This document shows positions 56,283 to 64,000 of a stretch of DNA of 64,000 nucleotides, piece after piece (position 1 is the stretch's first letter; each line of letters begins with the position of its first letter). The stretch comes from Myxococcota bacterium (GTDB lineage Bacteria; Myxococcota_A; UBA796; SXON01), in contig JAZKFH010000055.1 of the NCBI GenBank assembly GCA_040386535.1, positions 1-64,000 on the forward strand. The letters are read 5' to 3'. The notes below the pieces were generated by a model. The model saw only the letters and a program-made list of their open reading frames with translations, made no database searches and was not told the DNA's origin. A program made the position numbers and the translations under genes.

Positions 56283-57619
56283 CAGGGCGTGGGCGAAGGA
56301 GTGGGGGCCGGAGCGGCGTCGGGGGCCGGAGCGGTGGGTTCCTTCTCCGGTGCTTCTTCAGCCGGAGCTGGGGTTCCAAGTGAGGGCTTCGGCGGCTCCT
56401 TCGCCTCCGCTCCCGCGGCTTCGGCGCCGGTGGTCTCGGCGCGCGCGGGGACCTCGGCGGCTCCGAAGTGAGTGAGTCCGAGCGCCATGGTGACGACCAG
56501 CATCGTGACCATTCCCGCGCCAAACGCCGCGCCGAGCAACACCGCCAGCATCGGGAGGTCCATGACCCGTCGCTCCACGGCCGCGCGCGCGGGCTTGGAG
56601 CCGCGTCGTGGGGCCGCCTCGGAGACGGTGGGCTCGTCCGCTGGCCGGCCGTACATCGGCGAGACCTCAGCGCGTGGAGCGGGGCGAGGCGCCACCCCGT
56701 CGGGCAGCGTGCCCTCGGAGACGTACGGGTCCTGGGGAACGTGCGGTGGTTCGCTCCGGGATGGGACGGGAGCCGCTGGCTCCGGGACCGGCGCGATCGG
56801 CCGCATCGGCGGCTCGGTGAGGCGGGTCCCGGGCAGGAACGGGGAGGCGGGCTCGGTTCGGCGCGCGGGGATCTGGTCCGCCTCGTAGAGCGCCACGATC
56901 ACCGTGATGTTGTCGTGGCCACCGCGGGCGTTCGCGGCGTCGACCAGGCGCTGCGCCGCGGTGGCCGGATCGGTGCCGGCCATGAGAGCCGCGATCTCCT
57001 CGTCACTGAGGAGATCGTAGAGGCCGTCGCTGCACAGGAGGAGCACGTCGCGCGGCTGGAGCTCCAGCGGCTCGTTCCACGAGGTCGGCTTGAACGTGTC
57101 GCGCACGCCAGCCCCGCCGCCGAGCGCTTGCGTCAAGATGTGGGCGTCGGGATGCGATTTTGCCTCCGGCGCGGAGAGGATGCCGCGGCGCACCATCTCG
57201 GCCACCCGCGTGTGGTCCTCCGAACCGGACACGCGCACACCGTCGCGCAGCTGGTACAGCCGGCTGTCACCCACCCAGCCGATCCAGCAGCGGTCCCCGG
57301 TCACCCGCGCGACGACAGCCGTGGTCCCCATGTCCGGCATGCCGCGCCGCTCGGCCTCCGCCACCACCGCGGCGTTCGCGCCCACGAGCGCATTGAAGAT
57401 GACGACGGTCGGGTTCGCCGTCCGGTCCGCGCGGAGCGACGCCAGGATGAACTCCGAGGCCACTTCGCTCGCCACCTCTCCGCCCTCGTGGCCGCCCATG
57501 CCGTCGCACACGAGCAGGATCCAGTCGTCGTCGCGCCCCTCGACACGGAAGTTGTCCTCGTTGAGCGAGCGCTCCATCCCGACGTGCGAGAGCGCGGCGA
57601 CCTGCAGTGGCGGCCTCAT
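56282..57619 (-). CDS. PP2C-family protein phosphatase with a C-terminal TM helix
   Basis: NED, CDGMGGH, GTT, VGDSR, LCSDGL, GHDNIT. Confidence 0.93.
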   Translation of the reverse strand: MRPPLQVAALSHVGMERSLNEDNFRVEGRDDDWILLVCDGMGGHEGGEVASEVASEFILASLRADRTANPTVVIFNALVGANAAVVAEAERRGMPDMGTTAVVARVTGDRCWIGWVGDSRLYQLRDGVRVSGSEDHTRVAEMVRRGILSAPEAKSHPDAHILTQALGGGAGVRDTFKPTSWNEPLELQPRDVLLLCSDGLYDLLSDEEIAALMAGTDPATAAQRLVDAANARGGHDNITVIVALYEADQIPARRTEPASPFLPGTRLTEPPMRPIAPVPEPAAPVPSRSEPPHVPQDPYVSEGTLPDGVAPRPAPRAEVSPMYGRPADEPTVSEAAPRRGSKPARAAVERRVMDLPMLAVLLGAAFGAGMVTMLVVTMALGLTHFGAAEVPARAETTGAEAAGAEAKEPPKPSLGTPAPAEEAPEKEPTAPAPDAAPAPTPSPTP

Positions 57620-59445
57620 TGTTCCTCCCCGGGCGGCTTCACGGGCGCGAAGACTGTCTGTGAGCGCTTCCTCGGGGGCGCCGCTTCCGACCCGCCAAGG
57701 TTCACGACGGAGCCCGCCGCGGTCTGGGGGAGCTGGGCGGGCGCCGGGTTCGCCTCGACCGGCGGGGCCAGCCCAGGCTGGTCGATCCGCAGCTCGAGCT
57801 GCCGGGAGAGGCCGAGCACATCTCCGTGTTTGAGGGCGACGCGCTCGTTCTTCTGGAGCAACCGGCCGTTCACGTACGTGCCGTTGGTCGACTCGAGGTC
57901 GGTCACGAAGACAGTACCGAGCTTGTAGAGCTCCAGCTTCGCGTGGCGCCCGCTGACCTGGGCGACGTCGAACACGAGGTCGACGTCGCCTTCCGCCCGC
58001 GCGCCGAGGGTCAGGCTCTGCTTGTGCATCCGGTACATGGGACGGAGCCCGGACCCGGAAGGCGCCGTCACCAGGAGCAACCGGGTCTCGGGGAGGCCAG
58101 CGATGGCGAAGTCGTCGTGCGTCGGGAGCGGCGCGGCCGGAGCCACGTAGTCATGCGCGGGCTCGACGGACGGCGCGGCCCTGGGAGGGCTGGGAGGCGG
58201 AACCGGAGCGGGAGGTACAACGGACGACCCGGCGGACCTGGGTGGAGGACCGGCGGCCGGTCCACGCTTCCGGCCGAGCAGGAAGGCGAGGAGGCCGAGG
58301 CCGAGGGCGGTCGCTACGAGCGCGCTCGCGCCGAGGATCCACCAGCCCCAAGGGGGCGACGCGGCCGGCCCAGGGGTGGTCACGGGCACCACCGGGTCAG
58401 CCGCAGGTGGCGTGACCGTGGCCGTTGCGGCGTCGTCGGGGCAGGCCGCCGCTGCGGGGCCGAGGCCGTCCTGATCGAACGGCACCCGGTCCGACCACGC
58501 CCGACGCTGACCGCCCTCCACGATCTCGACGGAGAGCGCATCGGAGGGGGTGGCGCCTGACGCCGCGGGCACGCCGCAGAACGAGAGGTCGAGCCAGACC
58601 GTGCGGCGGGCGCTCTCCGCGATCGAGACGAGCTGGGCCGGGGCGGCGGCGTCCCCGCCGGTGACGCTGATGCCGCCGGTCTCATCCGCGAGGCGCCGCA
58701 TCTCGTCGAGGCGCTGCGCGAGGTTCTTGCCGCGGGTGGGGGGGAACACGACCACGTGCACCTCGACGCCCCGCGAACGCGCGGAGGTGACGAGGTCCTC
58801 GATGCTGTAGGCGGTCGACTCCTCGCCCGCGTCGGTGAAGACGACGACTTGCCGGAGCCCACCCGCCGCTACCGGCTGCCCGGCGGCGGCGTGCTCCACG
58901 CACTCCTCGACCAGCGACTTCAGCCGGGTGACGGCTTCCTTCCCGGGGGTCACGGCGTCGAGGAGGCCGCCGATGCCGGGTCCGTCCGTTGCCTTGCCAA
59001 CGACATTCAGCGTGGTTCCGAAGGTCACCACTTCGGTCGTGTGCCGCCCATTCGGCGGAACCGCGTTGGCGTACCGGCGCGCGAGGGCCACGGCGTCCAG
59101 CGTGTTCGGCGCGAACGAACCCGAAGCGTCGAACGCCAGGATCGTGTAGACAGGCTCCTGTTCGGCGCGCGTGACCTTGTGCACCGTCGCGCGGCCACGT
59201 CCCGGTCCGAGCACGACGCCGAACGAGGATGGCTCGAGCTGCGGCGTCGTGATGCGGGCGAGCAGCGCGGGGTCACGAATGTCGACCGACACGCGGGCCG
59301 CGCCGTGGCGGGCGGGCGTGAGGGTGGTGACCGCCACACCCTGCCCGGACGCCCACGCGGGGCCCGTGAGCATGAGGAGCACAAGCATACTTGAGACGAT
59401 GGGGCGCCCGGCACGCGAGGCGTAGTCGTGCTCGGAGGGAGACAC
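57616..59445 (-). CDS. vWA, TM and FHA domain protein
   Basis: FDASGS and FTDAG (vWA); TM helix; VSGRHA and DLESTNGTYVNG (FHA). The real start may be ATG 59388. Confidence 0.88.
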   Translation of the reverse strand: MSPSEHDYASRAGRPIVSSMLVLLMLTGPAWASGQGVAVTTLTPARHGAARVSVDIRDPALLARITTPQLEPSSFGVVLGPGRGRATVHKVTRAEQEPVYTILAFDASGSFAPNTLDAVALARRYANAVPPNGRHTTEVVTFGTTLNVVGKATDGPGIGGLLDAVTPGKEAVTRLKSLVEECVEHAAAGQPVAAGGLRQVVVFTDAGEESTAYSIEDLVTSARSRGVEVHVVVFPPTRGKNLAQRLDEMRRLADETGGISVTGGDAAAPAQLVSIAESARRTVWLDLSFCGVPAASGATPSDALSVEIVEGGQRRAWSDRVPFDQDGLGPAAAACPDDAATATVTPPAADPVVPVTTPGPAASPPWGWWILGASALVATALGLGLLAFLLGRKRGPAAGPPPRSAGSSVVPPAPVPPPSPPRAAPSVEPAHDYVAPAAPLPTHDDFAIAGLPETRLLLVTAPSGSGLRPMYRMHKQSLTLGARAEGDVDLVFDVAQVSGRHAKLELYKLGTVFVTDLESTNGTYVNGRLLQKNERVALKHGDVLGLSRQLELRIDQPGLAPPVEANPAPAQLPQTAAGSVVNLGGSEAAPPRKRSQTVFAPVKPPGEEQ

Positions 59446-59446
59446 G

Positions 59447-60280
59447 CTACGTCCCGTTCGGGATCAGCAGAAGCACGAGCCGCGAGCCCCCGAGCTGCAG
59501 GACCGAGCCATGGCGCACGTCCACCTGCTCCCCGTGGATGGCCTGCCCATCCAGCACGCTGCCGTTGGTCGAGTGGTCGATGAACGTCGCGCGGTCCGGC
59601 TTGATGAAGAGGAAGCCGTGGTCGCCGCTGACGCGCCCGTCGTCCACCGACACGTCGCACTCGGGCCCGCGCCCGATCTTGTTGCGGCCAGCGCGGAGGG
59701 GGTGGACGCGACCGGGGTCCGATGGGCCGCGGTGCTCGATGAGCACGCCGCGGATCTGGGGGCTGGCGGCGGCGGGACCCGTCGACTCGATGATCGTGCC
59801 GTGCTTGCGAGGCGGAGCCGGGGGAGGCGACGCGTGAGGTGCCGCGTTTGGAGGCGCCGGGCGGGGGCGGACGGCCTGGCCGAATGGGTCGTCGCCGTTG
59901 TTGATCGGCGGGCGCGGCGGGAGGGGAGCTGCGAAAAAGTCAGGCTCACTCGGGGACGGCAGGCCCGGCGGCGGCGCGTACTCGGTGTGGCGCTTCTGCC
60001 CGCTCGACAGCGGGGGCGCGGCCGTCGGGTTCGAGGAAGGCGCGGCCGCCTGGTTCACGGGCGGCGGCGGCGGGAGCGCCGCAGTGGGCGGCGGGCGCGC
60101 CGGGCCGGGCTCGTACTGGGTGTGACGCTTCTGGGAGGGCGCTTGCCCGCCGGCGGGGACGGCAGATCCCTCGAACTGTGTGGCGCGCTTCGTCGCAGAG
60201 GAGAGCGGGTACCCGCACATCTCGCAGACCACGCGGTCGGGGGCGTTGTCATTCATACAATTCGAGCAGCGCACACGCAC
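59447..60280 (-). CDS. Zn-ribbon, Pro-rich linker and FHA domain protein
   Basis: CSNC...CEMCG; IGR...VSGDH...STNGS. Confidence 0.85.
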   Translation of the reverse strand: MRVRCSNCMNDNAPDRVVCEMCGYPLSSATKRATQFEGSAVPAGGQAPSQKRHTQYEPGPARPPPTAALPPPPPVNQAAAPSSNPTAAPPLSSGQKRHTEYAPPPGLPSPSEPDFFAAPLPPRPPINNGDDPFGQAVRPRPAPPNAAPHASPPPAPPRKHGTIIESTGPAAASPQIRGVLIEHRGPSDPGRVHPLRAGRNKIGRGPECDVSVDDGRVSGDHGFLFIKPDRATFIDHSTNGSVLDGQAIHGEQVDVRHGSVLQLGGSRLVLLLIPNGT

Positions 60281-60342
60281 TCCATCGGGCCGGCGGCGGA
60301 AGACTACACCATCCCGGACGTGCCGCGCGGTAGAGTCCCTGC

Positions 60343-62418
60343 GTGCCGCCGCTTACCCCAGAGCTCGACGATCGTTATGAGTCCATCGACGTACTCGAGG
60401 TCGCCGGCGCGACGACGCTCTACCGCGCCCGTCACCGCGTCCTGGGCGCCGACCACGTGCTCCGGGTGCTCCACGCAGCCGTCGGGGAGCGCGACGCCGA
60501 CCGTGCGCGGTTCCGGGAGCGTGCCCAAGCCCAGGCGTCCGTGCGCCACCCCGCCGTCGTGCGCGTGCACAATGTGTTCGACAGCCCCGAGATGCTCGCG
60601 CTCGCCGTCGACTACATCTCCAGCGAGGACGCCCGTACCCGCGTCGCCCGCGACGGTCCGCTCGCGCCAGTGCACGCCGCCGCCGTGGTCGCCGAGCTGG
60701 CCGATGCCCTGGAGGTGGCGCACGCGGCCGGGGTGGTGCACCACGAGCTCCATCCCGGGCTCGTGCTGTTCCCTACCGACGGCAGTCCGGCGCGCCTTGC
60801 GCACTTCAGCGCGCGCTACGTCACGACGCACGACGGGCCGGCGATCCCGTTCGCGAGCCCCGAGGAGCTCCTACGACCGGGCGATGGCGACGCGCGGGCG
60901 GACGTCTTCGCGCTGGGAGCCCTCCTCCACTTTCTGCTGACCGGCGCGCCTCCGTTCCCGATGGAGGCGCGCGAGGCTGCCTTGCAACGCCGGCTCGACG
61001 GCGCGGCGCCGGCGGCTTGGGGGGGAGATGCCGCCCTCGCGGCAATCCTGCGCGCGGCGATGGGGGAGCGTGTCATCCATCGCACCCCCACGGCGGCGGG
61101 CCTCGCCGCGGCGTTGCAGCGGTTCGTCGAGCGGACGGGGGGAGGAGCGACGCGCGCCGACACGCTGGTGCCGGCGCCAATTGGGGCCTCGCTTGGGAAC
61201 GGTGAGGAGGCGGGGCCGGCCGCCGCGGGGGGCTCGACACCTGCTGTCGCCTCTGGTCTCTCCGCGGTCCCGACTGCCGCGCCCACTGTGGCTCCCGTCG
61301 AAGCGACCGCCGCTACCACCGTCACGGTTCCCCGGCGCCCGACGCGCGCGACAGGACGCGGTCTGCCGCTGCTGCTCCTCGGCGGGCTCATCGGCTTCGG
61401 GTTCCTGGCATCGGTCGCCGCGGTCGTCGGCTGGCAGTCCTGGCAGGCGGGCGAGTCCCGTCGGGTCGCGGCCGAGGGGATGGCGGCTCTACAGCACTAC
61501 AAGACCGACCCTGCCGCGAACGCGGACCCCGACGTCGTGGACCGTGCCGCTCGCACCGCCGCCCGCGCCGTGGAGCACGCCGATACGCCTGAGGCGCTCG
61601 CAGCGAACGGCCTCGCGCGCGTCTGGGACGAGGGTTGGCACCACGCCAACGCGACCTGGGACGAGCAGAAATTCCTCGCGACGAGCGAGGTCGTCCGCGC
61701 CGCCGCCGCGACGGGCCGCGCGGAGGGTGTCTTCGCGCACGGCCTCCTTTCCGCGAACGCCTGCAAGATCCTCCCAATCGCCGACGTCCGGCGCCCCGCG
61801 CTCTGCGCCGCCGCCGAGCGCGACTACGCACAGGCCCGCACCCTCCTGGAGGCCGACCCCCGCGGCTGGCTCCGGTTCGAGCTCTGGTGGTCGCTCGCCG
61901 CGATGCACGGCCAGCGCGCGCTCGAGGCCGTCGTACGGGACGACGCCGCCGCGGCCCATGCCGCCCGGGTCGACGGCCTCGCGGTCTGCGAGCGCGCCCG
62001 CTCGGACCTCTTCGAGGCCCCGGTCAACGACTCGGAGCTGGGGCAGGAGTGTGTCCCCCTCGCGGGGGGCGCCGGCGACATCGACGCCTACCTCTGGTGG
62101 TCGGGCTGGCTCCAGGACGACGACCGCGCCGCCGACGGCAAGCTGTCCACCTTCAACGTGGAGCGCATTTACCGGGGTGCGCTCCCCGCCTGCGGCAAGC
62201 TCGTCGTCTCCAAGAGGAATCGCCGCCGCAAGAGCCTCCCGGAGACCGACAACACCGGCTCCAGCCAATTCTGCTACGCGGCGGGGCTCCTGGCGTTGGG
62301 CTGCGACGGGTCGGCCGCGCTCGTGGTCGCTTCGAATACGGCGATGTACCCTGAGCAGCCTTGGTTCAGGATCGGGGGGAAGGTGTCGGGGCGGGCGTGC
62401 TATCTGGACGAAATGTAG
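60343..62418 (+). CDS. Transmembrane pseudokinase with a helical/Cys-rich extracytoplasmic domain
   Basis: Kinase fold recognisable (HPAVVRV, SPEE, RADVFALG), but catalytic motifs are replaced (VLR, HHELHPGL, HFS). Confidence 0.8.
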   Translation: MPPLTPELDDRYESIDVLEVAGATTLYRARHRVLGADHVLRVLHAAVGERDADRARFRERAQAQASVRHPAVVRVHNVFDSPEMLALAVDYISSEDARTRVARDGPLAPVHAAAVVAELADALEVAHAAGVVHHELHPGLVLFPTDGSPARLAHFSARYVTTHDGPAIPFASPEELLRPGDGDARADVFALGALLHFLLTGAPPFPMEAREAALQRRLDGAAPAAWGGDAALAAILRAAMGERVIHRTPTAAGLAAALQRFVERTGGGATRADTLVPAPIGASLGNGEEAGPAAAGGSTPAVASGLSAVPTAAPTVAPVEATAATTVTVPRRPTRATGRGLPLLLLGGLIGFGFLASVAAVVGWQSWQAGESRRVAAEGMAALQHYKTDPAANADPDVVDRAARTAARAVEHADTPEALAANGLARVWDEGWHHANATWDEQKFLATSEVVRAAAATGRAEGVFAHGLLSANACKILPIADVRRPALCAAAERDYAQARTLLEADPRGWLRFELWWSLAAMHGQRALEAVVRDDAAAAHAARVDGLAVCERARSDLFEAPVNDSELGQECVPLAGGAGDIDAYLWWSGWLQDDDRAADGKLSTFNVERIYRGALPACGKLVVSKRNRRRKSLPETDNTGSSQFCYAAGLLALGCDGSAALVVASNTAMYPEQPWFRIGGKVSGRACYLDEM

Positions 62419-62468
62419 GGAGGTGGTGGGTCCCGTGATACGCGCGGCCAGTCCTTGGGGCCCCGTCG

Positions 62469-63572
62469 ATGTCGCTTCTGCCCGCCTCCGTTTCCCACCG
62501 CGCCCTGTGGGTGCCGCCCGTTCTCGCGATCCTGGCCTGCTCGGGTGGCGGCACGCCCGATCCCACGATGACGCCTGCCGTGCCCGCTGCGAACGTCCCG
62601 GTGGTCGCGCCGACCTCGACCGTGGCCCCCGCCGTAGCGCCGGTCGCGCCTGCGGGGCCTGCGATCGATCGGATCCGGCAGCGTGGCGAGATCCTCGTCG
62701 GGATGGACACTGGGGAGCCCGCGGGCGCCGGCACGCCGCCGATGTACTTCCTCGACGCCGCCGGCAAGCCGGATGGGTTCGACTACCAGGTGGCACGTTG
62801 GGTCGCGACCGCGATTGGGGTGCCCAACGTGCGCGTCGTCCACGGGAAGTATTCGGAGCTGCCCGAGTTGCTCGTGGACAAGCAGCAGTTCGACCTCATC
62901 GTGTCGGGTTACACGCCCGCGCCGACCGACGGGGTCGCCTGGTCGGACGGCTACCTCGACTTCGGGCTCTGCCTGGTGGTGCCCTCCAAATCGGACGTAC
63001 GGACCGTTGCCGACTTGTGGGGCAAGGACGTGGGTATCTTCGACGATGATGCCGCGGCGGAGGCGGTGGAGACCATGGCCAAGGGGTACACGAGCCTGGT
63101 GCGTATGGAGGACGGGTATTGGGACGCCCTTTCGGCCGGAAAGGTCGCCGGCTTCATCTACGACTACCCATACGCCGTGGCGGAGCTCGCGGAGTGGTAC
63201 GGGGACAACCCAAAGAAGGCGGGCACGTTTCGTATCGCCCAGTACAACCTGACGGACTCGACCTACGCCGCGGGTGTGCGTGCGAGTGAGCCGGAGCTGC
63301 TCGCCGCGGTGAACGAGGGCCTGGCGCGTTTCCGCAGCTCGGACGACTACGCGACCGCCGTTCGCAGCTACCTCTCCGGGGGGGACAAGAGCGAGGCACC
63401 CAAGGACAAGGGCCGCGTCTACACCGTGCAGAAGGGGGACACCCTGAGCAAGATCGCGGCACGCGAGCTCGGGGGGGCCAAGCGTTGGAAGGACATCTGG
63501 GCGCTCAACAAGTCCCGGTTCCCGAACCCGAACCTCATCGAGGTCAACGACCAGGTGGTGTTGCCGAGCTGA
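62469..63572 (+). CDS. Lipoprotein: family-3 solute-binding domain plus LysM
   Basis: Lipobox ILAC; GFDYQVA...FDLIVSG; YTVQKGDTLSKIA...NPNLI. Confidence 0.88.
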   Translation: MSLLPASVSHRALWVPPVLAILACSGGGTPDPTMTPAVPAANVPVVAPTSTVAPAVAPVAPAGPAIDRIRQRGEILVGMDTGEPAGAGTPPMYFLDAAGKPDGFDYQVARWVATAIGVPNVRVVHGKYSELPELLVDKQQFDLIVSGYTPAPTDGVAWSDGYLDFGLCLVVPSKSDVRTVADLWGKDVGIFDDDAAAEAVETMAKGYTSLVRMEDGYWDALSAGKVAGFIYDYPYAVAELAEWYGDNPKKAGTFRIAQYNLTDSTYAAGVRASEPELLAAVNEGLARFRSSDDYATAVRSYLSGGDKSEAPKDKGRVYTVQKGDTLSKIAARELGGAKRWKDIWALNKSRFPNPNLIEVNDQVVLPS

Positions 63573-64000
63573 CGGGGCGGACGAGCCGCAGCCCGATGCT
63601 CGAGCTGCGCGTCGTCGGGAGCGCGGCTCGACGGTAGGCCACCCGCTGGGCGCGCGCTGTGGCGTTCCAACTGCCGCCACGGTGGATCCGGGTCTCGCCG
63701 TCGTTGGCACCCACCGGATCGGTGGCGAGGTCCGCAGGGTAGTCCGCGTAGGCGTCCCAGGTCCACTCGCTGACGTTGCCGCTCATGTCGTACAGTCCGA
63801 GTCCATTTGGTCGAAGCGCGCCGACGGGGTGCGCCGCTCCGGCTGACGTGCGGTCGTACCAGGCGACCTCTCCGACCTGCGTCGACCCGGCGAACGCGTC
63901 CGGTGCGCTGCCCCCAGTGGCATCGGCCCGGGCCGCCGCCTCCCACTCGGCTTCGGTGGGCAATCGATAACCGTCGGCGTTTGGTCGCAGGACCACCGGG
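63544..64000 (-). CDS. FGE-sulfatase (formylglycine-generating enzyme-like) domain protein, 5' part outside the window
   Basis: YRLPTEAEWE, PNGLGLYDMSGNVSEW, RGGSW, GLRLVR. Confidence 0.88.
   Translation of the reverse strand, partial: PVVLRPNADGYRLPTEAEWEAAARADATGGSAPDAFAGSTQVGEVAWYDRTSAGAAHPVGALRPNGLGLYDMSGNVSEWTWDAYADYPADLATDPVGANDGETRIHRGGSWNATARAQRVAYRRAALPTTRSSSIGLRLVRPVSSATPPGR

Noticed and set aside
1..64000. tRNA, rRNA or tracrRNA genes
   Set aside because: None recognised; no extended anti-repeat outside the arrays was seen.

Overview
High-GC (roughly 70%) bacterial DNA. The many Ser/Thr kinase, FHA and vWA genes suggest a Myxococcota/deltaproteobacterium-like host (inference). 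There are four blocks. (1) 1-9 kb: two CRISPR arrays with the same 37-bp repeat face each other. They are joined by a ~1-kb TGTA...TACA-bounded non-autonomous element that truncates both arrays. Next is a translationally coupled adaptation operon (TPR primase-polymerase CAPP, cas1, cas2, a small DUF697/EcsC-like protein, a stand-alone reverse transcriptase) and a divergent cas6. No interference genes lie in the window. (2) 9-17.7 kb: recC-recB-recD directly downstream of cas6. (3) 18-41.5 kb: a defence-island-like region. It holds a JAB-E2-E1 ubiquitination-like operon with no visible beta-grasp Ubl but with a protein carrying two ~36-38 aa repeats ending in MARTGFF (best candidate for an undescribed system). 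It also holds phosphoesterases, a kinase-HEPN/P-loop pair, a kinase-DUF4011-helicase-nuclease fusion and a HEPN-like multidomain protein. (4) 41.6-64 kb: an FtsZ/tubulin-like, vWA, FHA, PP2C, kinase gene cluster. All domain calls come from reading motifs by eye; no database searches were run.
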